NCBI GenBank assembly: GCA_963749495.1
Contig: CAVVMW010000004.1
Span: 672,001-736,000, forward strand
Direction: 5' to 3'
Source of the DNA: an uncultured bacterium
GTDB taxonomy: Bacteria > Verrucomicrobiota > Verrucomicrobiia > Limisphaerales > UBA8199
DNA length: 64,000 nt
In this document: one piece after another, positions 33,626-44,253 of the stretch
Position numbering within the stretch: the first letter of the stretch is position 1
How the letters are laid out: each line of letters starts with the position of its first letter
Made by a program: the position numbers and the translations under genes
Notes under the pieces: generated by a model
What the model saw: the letters and a program-made list of their open reading frames with translations, nothing else
What the model was told of the DNA's origin: nothing
The model's database searches: none

Positions 33626-34865
33626 TCAGCCAATCATATGGCAGAACAACCCGTCGCGGAGCTTGGGTTTCGAACCAGGTGCTTTTCGGGGGCATGAGGC
33701 CGGAGGCGTCGGCGATGGCCATCAGGTCTTCGATGCGGGTCGGGTAGAGGGAGAAGGCGCAGGCGGCTTCACCGTTGCGGACCAGGCGCTCGAGCCCCGC
33801 AGTGCCGCGGCTGCCGCCGACGAAGCCAAGGCGACGGCTGGTGCGCGGGTCGGTGATGCCGAAGATGGGGTCGAGCACGTATCGCTGCAAGAGCGTGACA
33901 TCGAGCCGCTCAATCGGGTCGGTGCTGGCGGTGAACCGGGGGCGGAACTGGAGCCCGTGCCACTGGCCGTCGAGCCACAGGGCCAGGTCGTGCCTCCGCG
34001 CGGGCAGAGCAGGGCCGCCGGGTTTGACGACAAAGATGCCATCCAATCTGTCGAGCAGTTGTCGTGGGGAAAGGCCGTTCAAGTCCTTGACCACCCGGTT
34101 GTAGGGCAGGATCTGGACCTGGTCGTGGGGGAAGAGGACGCTCAGGAACCAGGCGCTGGGCTCGGCCGCGGGCAGGTCGGGGCGGAGGGCGCGGACGCTT
34201 TGATAAAGGCGCGCGGCGGCGGCGCAGCGGTGGTGGCCGTCGGCAATGTAAAGCGAGGGAATCCGGGCGAAGGCGGCCTCGATGGCCTCGATCGTGGGGG
34301 CATCGGCTATCACCCAGGCGCTGTGGCGCACGCCGTCACTGGCGGTGAAATCAATCTCCGGCGCTCCGGCGGTCTGGCGCGCGGCCAATTGGTTGATCTC
34401 GGGGCAGGCGCGATAGACCAGGAACACCGGGCCGGTCTGGGACCCGAGGGTTTCGATGTGGCGCAGGCGGTCATCTTCCTTGTCGGGCCGGGTCAGTTCG
34501 TGTTTGCGGACAATGCCCTGGAGATATTCCGTGCAACTTGCGGCGGCTGCCAGCCCCACCTGGCTATGCGTGCCCATGACCTGCCGGTAGAAATAGAACC
34601 GGGGTCCGGGGTCCCGGCGGAGCGCACCCTGGGCCATCAGCCGCTCGAAATTCTCCCTGCCCTTGGCATAGACCTCCGGGGCATAGAGGTTGGTCGAGGG
34701 CGGCAGGTTGATTTCCGGCTTGCTGACATGGAGGAAACTCAGCGGGTTGCCGGCCGCTGCGAGGCGCGCCTCCTCGGAAGAGAGGACGTCGTAGGGCAGC
34801 TCGCAGAGGCGCGCCGCCAATTCCGGTTTAGGCCGCAGCGCGGCAAAGGGCTTAATCGTGGCCAT
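33626..34865 (-). CDS. DUF1015 family protein; probable extra base near 33669
   Basis: [36 protein letters not shown]; the expected tail [13 protein letters not shown] is in the adjacent frame ending at 33626. Confidence 0.85.
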
Positions 34866-34965
34866 GGGTCCGAGTGTCGAGTGTCGAGAGGCGAGTGTCC
34901 AGGGCCGAGTGTCGCGAAGCATAAGAGGTTTGACTTGAGTGAGTGCCAACCTTAGATTTCCGCAC

Positions 34966-36015
34966 ATGTTTGCGGCTGACACCAAAGTGGGCTCCACGCC
35001 GATAGCCGATACCTTGAAGGCCGATGCGGCTTGTTCGTGGAAAGCGATCGTCGGCCCAGTCGAGCCTTTCCTGGAGGCAGTCAGCCGGAGGCTGGTCCAG
35101 CAGGTCCAGGCCTTTGACCCGGCCATCGTCCCTTATGCCGACTACGCCTTGAACGGCCAGGGCAAGCAACTGCGCCCAGCCCTGGTCGCCTTGACGGGCA
35201 ATGCCCTGGGCGGGACCGGGGATGACCATGTGACCGTGGCGGTCATCATCGAGATGGTCCACCTGGCGACGCTGGTGCACGACGACGTGATGGACGGGGC
35301 CGAGATCCGGCGCAACCGCCTGACCCTCGCCGCGAATTGGGGCAACGACATCGCGGTGCTTTTTGGCGACTGCCTCTTCGCCCAGGCCCTGAAGCTGGCC
35401 GCCAGCTTCCCCACACCGGAGGTCTGCAGGGCGGTCGCCATGGCCACCAACACCGTTTGCTCCGGCGAAATCCTCCAGACGCAGCACCGCGGCGATTTCC
35501 GCTTCACCCGCCAGGACTATTTCAAGGTCCTGGAGATGAAGACCGCCGAGTTGTTTGCGCTCTCCTGCGAGTTGAGCGCCTGCCTGAGCCGCACCCCGCC
35601 GGAGGCCCGCCTGGCCTCGCGCCAGTTTGGCCTGGCCTTTGGCACCGCCTACCAGGTCTATGACGATTGCGTGGACCTCTTCGGCTCGGAGGCCCTGGCC
35701 GGCAAGTCCCTGGGCTCGGACCTAGCCAAGGGCACGCTCACGCTGCCGGTGCTCCTGCTCTGGGAGCGCGCCGGAACCGCCGACCGCTCGAGGCTCCAGC
35801 AGTGGGTCAGTGGCTGGCAGGCCGATGCGGCCCAGCCCATGGCCGAGCTGCTGGCCAGGCACGATACCCTGGCCGCTTCTATGGAGATCATCCATCAGTA
35901 TCTCGACAAGGCGCGCCAGTTTCTCCAGGCCCTGCCGCCCTCGCGCGGCCGCGCCGGCCTGGAGGGCCTGACCGAATACCTGGCCCGCCAAACCGATGCC
36001 CTCGGCAGCGCCTGA
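34966..36015 (+). CDS. Polyprenyl diphosphate synthase
   Basis: [26 protein letters not shown], second motif QVYDDCVD; start uncertain. Confidence 0.9.
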   Translation: MFAADTKVGSTPIADTLKADAACSWKAIVGPVEPFLEAVSRRLVQQVQAFDPAIVPYADYALNGQGKQLRPALVALTGNALGGTGDDHVTVAVIIEMVHLATLVHDDVMDGAEIRRNRLTLAANWGNDIAVLFGDCLFAQALKLAASFPTPEVCRAVAMATNTVCSGEILQTQHRGDFRFTRQDYFKVLEMKTAELFALSCELSACLSRTPPEARLASRQFGLAFGTAYQVYDDCVDLFGSEALAGKSLGSDLAKGTLTLPVLLLWERAGTADRSRLQQWVSGWQADAAQPMAELLARHDTLAASMEIIHQYLDKARQFLQALPPSRGRAGLEGLTEYLARQTDALGSA

Positions 36016-36024
36016 GAACCGCCT

Positions 36025-36672
36025 ATGATTATGACCGAGCCGGCGAGTCGCAAGGCAGCCAAACCGCAAACCGACCCACCCGATGATGCCCCCGCCGGAA
36101 CGGCTCCCGACGAGATGGAGTTGGTCAAGCGGGCTCGCAAGGGCGACCTCCCCGCCTACGACGACCTCATCCGCCGCTACCAGGAGCGCATCTACGCCAC
36201 GGTCTATCACATGACCGCCAATCATGAGGACGCCAACGACCTGGCCCAGGAGGCCTTCATCAAGGCCTTCCACGCCCTCAAGTCCTTCAAAGGCGGCTCC
36301 AGCTTCTACACCTGGGTCTATCGCATCGCCGTCAATAAAACCATCAACTTCCTCAAGCAGCGCAAGAACCGGGCCCAGTTGAGCCTCAACGACCTCGACC
36401 TCAACGCCGAGCACGACCCCGACCTGGTCGCCCTCATCTCCGAAAAGACTCCCCGGCGCGAGGTCAGCCTGGCCGAGCTGCAGGAAAAATTGAACGCGGC
36501 TATGCAGAAATTGTCTGAACCCCATAGACTGGTAGTGACATTGCACGATGTGCAAGGGCTGTCGCACGAAGAAATCGCGAAGATTATGGATTGCAATATC
36601 GGAACGGTCCGGTCCCGGCTTTTTTATGCCCGGCAGCAGTTGCAGGCCTACCTGTCTGATTATTTGAAGTGA
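36025..36672 (+). CDS. ECF RNA polymerase sigma factor (RpoE-like)
   Basis: DANDLAQEAF, SFYTWVYRIAVN, GLSHEEIA...GTVRSRLFYAR. Confidence 0.92.
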   Translation: MIMTEPASRKAAKPQTDPPDDAPAGTAPDEMELVKRARKGDLPAYDDLIRRYQERIYATVYHMTANHEDANDLAQEAFIKAFHALKSFKGGSSFYTWVYRIAVNKTINFLKQRKNRAQLSLNDLDLNAEHDPDLVALISEKTPRREVSLAELQEKLNAAMQKLSEPHRLVVTLHDVQGLSHEEIAKIMDCNIGTVRSRLFYARQQLQAYLSDYLK

Positions 36673-37523
36673 GCCGTATGAATCCCGAGCAGGACAATTT
36701 CGAGCAGTTGCGCCGGGTGCTGGCCTTGAAACGTCATGAGCAGCCCCCACCCGGTTTCTTCGACAACTTCCCCCGAAACGTCCTTTTCCGCATCAGGAAC
36801 GGCGAGCTCGGCGACGAGGCCGGCGGCATCGGCCGGTGGTTCTGGCAGGCCCCCTGGCTCCAGAGCCTCTGGGCGGCCCTGGAACGGAAGCCCGCCTTTG
36901 CCGGTGCCTTGGGCCTGGGCGTGTGCGGGTTGCTCCTGACCGGGTTCATCTGCTCGGTCGCCCCAGCCGACCCCGCCAGCCAGAACGGCGCCGCGGCAAG
37001 TCAATCCCTGGCCGCCATCGATGTCCTGCCCGGCGCGCAACGGGCCTCGGTCTTCGTCTCCAGCACCAACGGCATCATGCCCGAGCCGCTCCAGAACTCC
37101 CTCTTCGAGCAGTTCAGAGCCTCGCAAGTCCAGCCCACGGCTACCCGCGTCAGCCTGACGGAGCCTAAGGGCGGCTGGCAAGATCAAACTGTTTGGTGCA
37201 ACAAGCCGGTGGGTGTAGCGCCTGTTTCCACGAACGCCGCGAGTCCGGACCTTTGTCGCAACCTTTGTCGGGTTTGCCATGCCTCGACAAAGGCGGCGAC
37301 AAAGGTTGCGACAAAGGTCTGGGATCGGAGCCCCCATGTTGTTTTTGCCAACTGCTCTAATGTTCAATCCTCCCGGGCGAAGATCAAGGTCATTCCCTCG
37401 CCGGCATCGATCGTGAGCCGGTCGCCGTTGACGGTGCCCGCAAAGTCCTGCGCTCCGCCTGATGAGGACATGCTCAGTTGGTATTTTCCACCCTGGTTGG
37501 TCCACTTGCCATCCAGGTTCTGA
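36669..37523 (+). CDS. Putative membrane anti-sigma-like protein; 3' part reads through a repeat
   Basis: Overlaps the sigma stop; LALKRHEQPPPGFF motif and one TM helix. Sequence after ~37166 is repeat-derived and overlaps cvpA antisense, so the true end is uncertain. Confidence 0.55.
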   Translation: MSRMNPEQDNFEQLRRVLALKRHEQPPPGFFDNFPRNVLFRIRNGELGDEAGGIGRWFWQAPWLQSLWAALERKPAFAGALGLGVCGLLLTGFICSVAPADPASQNGAAASQSLAAIDVLPGAQRASVFVSSTNGIMPEPLQNSLFEQFRASQVQPTATRVSLTEPKGGWQDQTVWCNKPVGVAPVSTNAASPDLCRNLCRVCHASTKAATKVATKVWDRSPHVVFANCSNVQSSRAKIKVIPSPASIVSRSPLTVPAKSCAPPDEDMLSWYFPPWLVHLPSRF

Positions 37524-38593
37524 ACGACGGGCGCCGTGGCGGGGGCTGTGGCCAGGAGCAGCCGCACCGGGGGCAGGTTTTTGATGAGCATTCGGTGGTC
37601 GGCCATGGCCACAAGGCTGGTCTTCTCGAAACCGGTGGCGATGTTGTGCCGGACGACCTGCAATTCCTTGGCGGGCATATTGGGCTTGAGCCGGCGCCTG
37701 ACGTTGACGGCGGCCGTCACGTCGAATTTCCACCGGCCGAGGATGGTCTCGGAGTCATATTTGGCGGACTGGCCGGTGGCCAGGAAGGCGCGCAGGTCCG
37801 CCATGTCCGGCTCCACGGTATTCCACACCAGGCGCAGCGTATCCGGGTTGGCGAGCATCCCGTCGATGACATGATAGTGGAGCAGTTCCATCAGCGGGGC
37901 GCCCCGCTGGCGCAGGTCGGCAAACTCCTTGCCGCCCAGGCTCTTGAACTCGGGCATCTCCGCCAGGCCCAGAAACGCGGGATACCGCGAGAGCCGCGCC
38001 TCGCTCAGAGGATTGTGATAGATGACGCCGGCCAGGTCGGCCGCGTCGTACCAGTCCCTGGGCATCCGTTCCAGGACCCGCGCCACTTTGGCAAACCCGG
38101 AGCTTTGAAGACCTTGCCCGAGGCGATTGAGCCATTTGATCCAGGCCGGGTCCTGGTCGGGCGTCGCCAACTGGACCGTCCAATAGCTCGGGATGTAGAT
38201 CACCACCGAGATGAGCACCAGGTAAGCCGTCGCGTTGAGCAGCCCCAGGCACGAGCCCAGCCGTCGGTTCAGCCGGTCCCACAGCACCGGCCGCAACTCC
38301 CCCGTCTTGTAGCGGTAATACACATCCACCTTCTGGTGCAGCGGCAGCGCGGCGGCCTTGAACAGCACCGAGACGACCACGAACACGATGAGCGGCCCCA
38401 ACAGCCAGATGAGCACCGGGTTGGTCATCCCAAACGCCGTCAGCAACGGCTTGGCCAGCTTGCCCAGCAGCGGCGCCAACAGCGCCCCCACCACGATCCC
38501 GAAAAATGAAATGCCGACACGAATCGCCCCTTGCCGGTATCCCAGACCGGCCTCCGACGCCAGCAGCACCAATGCGAGCAGCCAAATCAACAT
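37364..38593 (-). CDS. CvpA (colicin V production) family membrane protein with C-terminal extension
   Basis: N-terminal 4-TM region GYRQGAIR...LNRRLGSCLGLLN. Confidence 0.7.
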   Translation of the reverse strand: MLIWLLALVLLASEAGLGYRQGAIRVGISFFGIVVGALLAPLLGKLAKPLLTAFGMTNPVLIWLLGPLIVFVVVSVLFKAAALPLHQKVDVYYRYKTGELRPVLWDRLNRRLGSCLGLLNATAYLVLISVVIYIPSYWTVQLATPDQDPAWIKWLNRLGQGLQSSGFAKVARVLERMPRDWYDAADLAGVIYHNPLSEARLSRYPAFLGLAEMPEFKSLGGKEFADLRQRGAPLMELLHYHVIDGMLANPDTLRLVWNTVEPDMADLRAFLATGQSAKYDSETILGRWKFDVTAAVNVRRRLKPNMPAKELQVVRHNIATGFEKTSLVAMADHRMLIKNLPPVRLLLATAPATAPVVQNLDGKWTNQGGKYQLSMSSSGGAQDFAGTVNGDRLTIDAGEGMTLIFARED

Positions 38594-38671
38594 GACCCCA
38601 AATTAAGCCGGTCCCCCCCCAAAAAGCACGCACAAAAGTAACGCCTTGGTGAATGGGGGAGCGGCACCGCG

Positions 38672-38734
38672 GGCAGACCCCTCAGCCCAACCCTCCCCAT
38701 CGGAAGGGGAGAGGGCCTGGGTGAGGGGTCTGCC
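38672..38734. repeat. CCCTCA(C/G)CCC...GGGAGAGGG REP-like hairpin
   Basis: GGCAGACCCCTCAGCCCA...TGGGTGAGGGGTCTGCC; same family as the in-frame insert at 20292-20351. Confidence 0.8.
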
Positions 38735-38766
38735 CGGCACTCCGTCTGCGCCTGACCGGTTACGCC

Positions 38767-39612
38767 TTACGGGAACTTGACGGCCGGGTTAATCGGGGCG
38801 GAGGTGCGGAGTTGGATCCAGGGGACATCGTGCGGCCCCTGGGGGTTGGCGGGCTTGTTGGCCGCCAGGGTGTCGGGGTCCCTCCACTTGTGGGTCTCGC
38901 TGTGGCCATCAACAAACGAGAAGCCGCAGGCGCCGTTGTGATAGATGCCGGGGTCGTTGCCCCAGGCGATGGTGTTGAAGACGACCAGGAAATAACCATC
39001 GTCCAGCGTCGTTGGATTCTCATCCAGGAAGACGAAGGCCTGGGCCGGCGAGGGCCGCACGATGTCGGAGAGCTTGCGGAAGGTGAAGATGGTCGAGTTG
39101 ATTTCCGCCGTGTACCAACTGTTGCCGTTCATATTGCCGTTGAGCGAGACGCTCCGGACCCGCGGCCCCAGGATCGTGGTCCCCAGCTTGGCAACGCTGC
39201 GATCGGCAGGGCACTTGTAAATGCCCTGGGACTGGTTGTAGTTCCAGAGCAGCCCCGAGGGCGGTTTCAACAGATTGACATTGGTGCCATCCTGCGGATT
39301 GACGATGAACTGGCCCCCGATCCAGCCCGTGTAAACCGCGCCGTCGCCGTTGGGCACCAGTTTGTCATTGTTATCGTGGGCATACATGGTCCAGCACAAC
39401 TGGAGTTGCTTGAGGTTGCTCAGGCAGCTTATCCCTTGCGCCTTGGCCTTGGACTTGGCAAGGGCCGGCAGCAGCATCGCCGCAAGGATGGCGATGATCG
39501 CAATCACCACCAGCAGTTCGATCAAGGTGAACCCGCCTCGCCCGTCCTTGCAACGGCCATTGGCCCGGTCCTTCCGAAAAGAAACGCGGCCCCTCGAACA
39601 GCGCAGCTTCAT
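38767..39612 (-). CDS. Prepilin-type N-terminal cleavage/methylation protein with H-X9-DG motif (DUF1559-like)
   Basis: [49 protein letters not shown]. Confidence 0.93.
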   Translation of the reverse strand: MKLRCSRGRVSFRKDRANGRCKDGRGGFTLIELLVVIAIIAILAAMLLPALAKSKAKAQGISCLSNLKQLQLCWTMYAHDNNDKLVPNGDGAVYTGWIGGQFIVNPQDGTNVNLLKPPSGLLWNYNQSQGIYKCPADRSVAKLGTTILGPRVRSVSLNGNMNGNSWYTAEINSTIFTFRKLSDIVRPSPAQAFVFLDENPTTLDDGYFLVVFNTIAWGNDPGIYHNGACGFSFVDGHSETHKWRDPDTLAANKPANPQGPHDVPWIQLRTSAPINPAVKFP

Positions 39613-39713
39613 GGTTCTCCATTCACCAGTTCGTGGATGTATCCATCCTCGGGCAGGGCCTGGAGATCGGCCTCCGTCCAGGGTCGCCTGGCCTGTTCCA
39701 CAGCGGCATTCAT
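39609..39713 (-). pseudogene. N-terminal fragment of a Uma2-family endonuclease
   Basis: [33 protein letters not shown] matches the Uma2 N-terminal pattern (T.e....lp.....El..G) and ends at the prepilin start. Confidence 0.6.
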
Positions 39714-39813
39714 GATGGGAGGCAGCTTATCAGGGGCGCCAACCCTTGTCAAAGCTTGAGCGCCGTCCAGACGGGTGCAATCGGACACCGCCCCCATCAG
39801 CACTACCGAACGG

Positions 39814-39914
39814 CCCGGAGCGCGGGCTTTAGCCCTCTTTGGGCGCCCAATGTGCAATGGGCGCGCCAAGCGGTTCCACGTCCGCGCAAAGCGGGCTAAA
39901 GCCCGCGCTCCGGG
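39814..39914. repeat. REP-like inverted repeat
   Basis: CCCGGAGCGCGGGCTTTAGCCC...GGGCTAAAGCCCGCGCTCCGGG. Confidence 0.85.
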
Positions 39915-40318
39915 GGCATTGTCCGATGGCGCCCGTCCGGACTGTCGGTTCTGGATACGGGGTGGAAAACGATTCAAGTGGCTATGCTGCAACATGTTGT
40001 GCAGAACAAGCCGCCCGAGCCTGACGGAGAACTTTACGCTTTGGCGCTGTGCCCGGTCTCGGTTTCAGGGGCAGTCAAATGCAGAATCTGCTGCCCTGCA
40101 ACATGTTGCGAGATTGACACGCGGCTGTTTCATTCTCGGCATGAACCGTGCTACCTCGGAACCAGGACGATTGCTGGAAGGCATATCGTGCCCGGGCTCG
40201 AGCAGCCGAGTCGGGCGGGTTCCGAGCTATTTCGCACGGCGCAACACTGGTGGTCTCAGCGGCAGTTTTCTTTGCGTGCGTCTGGCCTCGGAACGCAAAA
40301 CAACGAGCGGCTATTGTC

Positions 40319-41473
40319 ATGATTGTTGTCTTAGGCGCCAGTGGTTACATCGGCCAGGCATTTTGCCGCGAGTTGTGCATGCGTGGAATTCCCTTCATTC
40401 CCCTGTCGCGGGCGGCGTTCGATTACACGCATTTCTACCTGCTGTTGCAGTACTTGCGCAAGATACGCCCGGCCTTGCTCATCAACGCTTCGGGCTATTG
40501 CGGCCGGCCCAACGTGGACGAATGCGAGGAGGCGCGCCGGGAAACACTCCAGGCCAACACGCTGCTGCCCCAGATCGTGGTGCGCGCCTGCCTGATGACC
40601 AATGTGCCCTGGGCCCACATCTCGACCGGCTGCATCTACACCGGCGCCAAAGTGCTCGACAAAGGCGGGGCACGGGTGGAACCCAACCTCAACCGGCCGC
40701 GGGTCCGCAACCTGTTTGCCTCGAACCCGGAGCGATTTCGCGGTTTCTCCGAAACCGATGAACCTAATTTCTCGTTCCGGAACACGTCCTTCAATTTTTG
40801 CAGCGGGACGCGGGCCCTGGCCGAGGAGGTCCTCAAGGGCCTGGGGCAAGGTTACATATGGCGCGCCATGATCCCGTTCGATGAGCGGGATGTGCCCTGC
40901 AATTTCCTGTCGAGAATCCAGCGCTACCCGAAGGTCTTCGACCATGTGACCTCGCTTTCGCACCTGGGGGATTTCGTCAGGGCCTGCCTGGCATTGTGGG
41001 AACGTCACGCCCCGTTCGGGACCTATAACGTGGCCAACCCGGGCGCCGTCACCACGCGCCAGGTCGTGGGCATGATTCAGCGCATCCTCAAGCCGGACCG
41101 TTGGTTCAAGTATTGGGCCGACAATGATGAGTTCTATACACACGGCGCCAAGGCACTGCGGTCCAATTGCATCCTCAACGTCACCAAACTGTCTTGTGCC
41201 GGCGTCCATGTGCGGCACGTCCAAGAGGCCCTCGAGGACTCCCTCCGGCACTGGAAGCCGGAGGACACCAACGGCGATGAGACCGGCGGGCCCATGGCGT
41301 CCCTGCTCTCCTGCTTGTCGGGGATCCAGCGGCCGGACCGGCTGGCCGGGGAATCGAGCGAGCAGGCCGCTGCGGCAGAACCCAAAGAGGCGCCATCCCG
41401 TTGCAGGCGGCGCCAGAGGAGCACGAGCCTCCAGGCTGCCACCGATGCCCTGGCCCACTTGGGCAGGAGATGA
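40319..41473 (+). CDS. RmlD-like NAD-dependent sugar-nucleotide reductase/epimerase
   Basis: VLGASGYIG, INASGYCGRPNVDEC, HISTGCIY, GTYNVANPG, RSNCIL. Confidence 0.85.
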   Translation: MIVVLGASGYIGQAFCRELCMRGIPFIPLSRAAFDYTHFYLLLQYLRKIRPALLINASGYCGRPNVDECEEARRETLQANTLLPQIVVRACLMTNVPWAHISTGCIYTGAKVLDKGGARVEPNLNRPRVRNLFASNPERFRGFSETDEPNFSFRNTSFNFCSGTRALAEEVLKGLGQGYIWRAMIPFDERDVPCNFLSRIQRYPKVFDHVTSLSHLGDFVRACLALWERHAPFGTYNVANPGAVTTRQVVGMIQRILKPDRWFKYWADNDEFYTHGAKALRSNCILNVTKLSCAGVHVRHVQEALEDSLRHWKPEDTNGDETGGPMASLLSCLSGIQRPDRLAGESSEQAAAAEPKEAPSRCRRRQRSTSLQAATDALAHLGRR

Positions 41474-41502
41474 GGGAAGTCCGGGCGTTGCTGAAGCGAA
41501 GT

Positions 41503-42165
41503 CTAAAGGTCCCTCCCGGTGGGCTGGGATGGGTTGAGGTACTTGGCCAGGGCGTCGGCGCGTGAGTTGACCTCGAGTTTTCGCAGGACCCCGCTGATGT
41601 GCGTGCGCACGGTGTTCTTGCTGATGCCCATCCTGGCGGCAATGTCCACCGGGGGCGTCCCCCGGCACAGATGGAGCAGGATCTCTTTTTCGCGGACCGA
41701 GAGGCACCGCGCCACGGCGCCGCGGGCGCCAAAGAAATCCAGGACGGTGCGGCAGGCCCCGCTGGAGAGCATCGAGCCGCCCTGGTGCAGGAGCAGCAGC
41801 GTGTCAACCACCTGGGCGGGGGAGCACGGTTTTTCCAGCCAACCCTGCACACCGGCCTCCAGTGTGCGAACCAGCGCCTCTTGGGTGGTGTTGGAGGAAA
41901 GGACCAGCACGGGCGTCCGCGGCAACTGACCCCGCAAGGCCCAGAGCCACTCCTCGACCAAGCCGCCCAGGGGATCCGTATCCACCACGACCAGGTCGGG
42001 TGGGTCTTTTCCGATGCAAGCCATGGCCTTGTCCTGGCTGGAGTAGGCCCCCAGGAACTCGAGGCCGGGCGTCCCTCCGATGACCGCTGCCAAATAGTCC
42101 CGCTCCTTGTCGTTTGGCTCGATCACCACGACCCGAGCGGGTCCTCCAGACCGGGATTTTGCCAT
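41503..42165 (-). CDS. NarL/LuxR family response regulator
   Basis: Receiver-like N-terminus (PDLVVVD, LEKP); LuxR HTH LSVREKEIL...ISKNTVRTHI..VLRKL. Confidence 0.88.
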   Translation of the reverse strand: MAKSRSGGPARVVVIEPNDKERDYLAAVIGGTPGLEFLGAYSSQDKAMACIGKDPPDLVVVDTDPLGGLVEEWLWALRGQLPRTPVLVLSSNTTQEALVRTLEAGVQGWLEKPCSPAQVVDTLLLLHQGGSMLSSGACRTVLDFFGARGAVARCLSVREKEILLHLCRGTPPVDIAARMGISKNTVRTHISGVLRKLEVNSRADALAKYLNPSQPTGRDL

Positions 42166-42209
42166 AGTTCAGTCCCCTGATAGTTCCAAGCCGATGATCT
42201 TCCAATCCG

Positions 42210-43493
42210 TCAATGGTTGGCCGTGATGACGACGTAATTCTTCTTGCCCTTGCGCAGGAGGAGGTGCTTGCCAAAGAGCAGGTCCTTGGCGGCCAGGGCG
42301 CGCTGGGGGCTGGTCTCGCGCAGGTTGTTCACATAGACACCTCCCCCCTCGATGTCTTTCCGGGCCTGGCCTTTGGACGGGCAAAGCCCGCTGTGGACCA
42401 ACAACTCGACCAGCGGCTTGCCCGCGCCGTCGAGTTGGCCCTTCTCGATCTGGCGGGTCGGCACCTCGCCGACAATTTCATTGAAAGTCGTCTCGGAGAT
42501 GCCCGCCAACTCGCCCCCGAAGAGCAGTTCGCTGGCGCGCACGGCCTCGGCCGTGGCGCCGGGCCCGTGGATCAGGTCGGTGACGGCCCTGGCCAGGGCC
42601 TGGTGCGCGGCGCGGGCGCCGGGGTTTTGCGCGTGTTGCCGCTCCAGCGCCCCGATCTCGTCCTGGCCCAGGAAGGTGAAGAACCTCAGGTAGCGGATCA
42701 CGTCGCGGTCATCGGTGCGAATCCAGAACTGGTAGAACCTGTAAACGCTGGTCTTGGCGGGATCGAGCCAGACCGCCCCGGCGACGGTCTTGCCGAACTT
42801 CGAGCCGTCCGCGTTCATGATGAGCGGCAGGGTCAGGCCATAGACCGTGCGGCCCAGTTTCCTGCGGGTGAGATCGATGCCGGCGGTGATGTTTCCCCAC
42901 TGGTCGCTGCCGCCGATCTGGAGTTCGCAGTTGTAGTCGCGGCATTGGACGTAGAAATCAAAGGCCTGGAGGAGCATGTAGCTGAACTCGGTGTAGCTGA
43001 TGCCCGCCTCCCGGTCTTCCATCCGGGCGCGCACGCTCTCCTTGGCCACCATCTGGTTGACGGAGAAATGCTTGCCGACGTCGCGCAGGAAATCGAGGTA
43101 GCTGACCGGGGCCGTCCAGGCGGCGTTGTCCATGAGGCGGGCCGGGTTGAGCGGGGTGTCGAAATCGAGCAGGCGGCGCAACTGTTCCTTGAGCCTGGCG
43201 ATGTTCGCCTCGAGCGCCTCGCGGGTGAGCAACTGGCGCTCATGGGTTTTGCCGCTGGGATCGCCGATCGAGCCTGTGGCGCCGCCGGCCAGGGCGATCG
43301 GGTGGTGGCCCAGCAGTTGAAAGCGCCGCAGCCCCAGCAACGGCACCAGGTTCCCCGCGTGCAGGCTCTCCGCGCTCGGGTCGAAACCGCAATAGAGCGT
43401 GATCGGCCCCGAACCGACCCGCTTGGCCAGTTCCGGCATGTCCGTGCAGTCCTGCACCAACCCCCGCCATTGAAATTCTTCCAGAATGTTCAT
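42210..43493 (-). CDS. tyrS: Tyrosine--tRNA ligase
   Basis: YCGFDPSAESLHAGN, GDPSGK, QIGGSDQWGNI, KFGKT, C-terminal S4 domain RKGKKNY. Confidence 0.97.
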   Translation of the reverse strand: MNILEEFQWRGLVQDCTDMPELAKRVGSGPITLYCGFDPSAESLHAGNLVPLLGLRRFQLLGHHPIALAGGATGSIGDPSGKTHERQLLTREALEANIARLKEQLRRLLDFDTPLNPARLMDNAAWTAPVSYLDFLRDVGKHFSVNQMVAKESVRARMEDREAGISYTEFSYMLLQAFDFYVQCRDYNCELQIGGSDQWGNITAGIDLTRRKLGRTVYGLTLPLIMNADGSKFGKTVAGAVWLDPAKTSVYRFYQFWIRTDDRDVIRYLRFFTFLGQDEIGALERQHAQNPGARAAHQALARAVTDLIHGPGATAEAVRASELLFGGELAGISETTFNEIVGEVPTRQIEKGQLDGAGKPLVELLVHSGLCPSKGQARKDIEGGGVYVNNLRETSPQRALAAKDLLFGKHLLLRKGKKNYVVITANH

Positions 43494-43574
43494 TCGGGGA
43501 GAAGATTAGTGCGCCGGCACCGAATTTCCACCCAAAACCGCGAGTGAGGCACGGAGAGGGCGCATCTCTCTCTT

Positions 43575-43602
43575 AGGCGGTGGAAATAAATAAAGGTAGC
43601 AA
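43575..43602 (+). repeat. Left arm of 28-bp inverted repeat bounding the 43.6-53.1 kb region
   Basis: AGGCGGTGGAAATAAATAAAGGTAGCAA; reverse complement at 53116-53143 matches 26/28. Confidence 0.9.
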
Positions 43603-43945
43603 CCTGCCTTTGTCTTTTGCCGCCCAGATTCGTTGCCCGCTCGTTACAGACCGCTGGCCGCGCGCTGGCTCGGCTCGACGCCGACGCCGCGGCCGCCTGG
43701 CTACTCGCCTCAGCCCCGCTGGCTTAAGGCCCTCGGGACCGAGCAACTTTGCCCGGCAACGGCCCCTCGACGCCCAGGCCGGGCGTAACCAAGCCCGTTT
43801 CTGCGCAGGTTCCTGCCCTGGCTGCCGCTTCCGACCCCGCCGCCACAAAAACCGCCCAGGAACCAGCAGAATTTGCCGGTTTAGAGGCGCGTGCCGCTCC
43901 TGTATCGTCCCCCCGTGATGAATTCGGCCAGAAACCAATTCTCCC

Positions 43946-44000
43946 TCACCCGCGTAGCGTCAAAACCGGCCGCGCGGCAAAAAACCAAATTCCTATCAGT
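43946..44000 (+). repeat. 55-bp direct repeat copy 1 (oriIS-like end)
   Basis: TCACCCGCGTAGCGTCAAAACCGGCCGCGCGGCAAAAAACCAAATTCCTATCAGT. Confidence 0.95.
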
Positions 44001-44253
44001 ACCGGCCATCAGGACTGCCTTCAGCTGGGAGAACCAGACGATCAACACGCGGGACGGTGGCCTGGAAAAAATCAAGTTCCTGCACTGCCTCCGAGAGCCG
44101 TACCCCCTTTGCGCGCTTGATGGATCTGCAGTGCCTGCCTTGACACCGGCCGGAGGCCGGAGGATATTTGAGAATATTCATTGTGACAGAAGCAATTCTA
44201 CTTGGACCGCTTGGCCTCAAAAAAGTAAGGCCCTGTAAGATTTCCCCCAAACA

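Noticed and set aside
32112..35126. 1004-aa DUF1015-TrpB2 'fusion' ORF
   Set aside because: One extra A near 33669 bypasses the normal DUF1015 ending ([13 protein letters not shown]), and the 'linker' is a translated repeat; two ordinary genes.
43494..43575. T-box or tRNA near tyrS as an integration site
   Set aside because: No T-box consensus or cloverleaf recognisable by eye.
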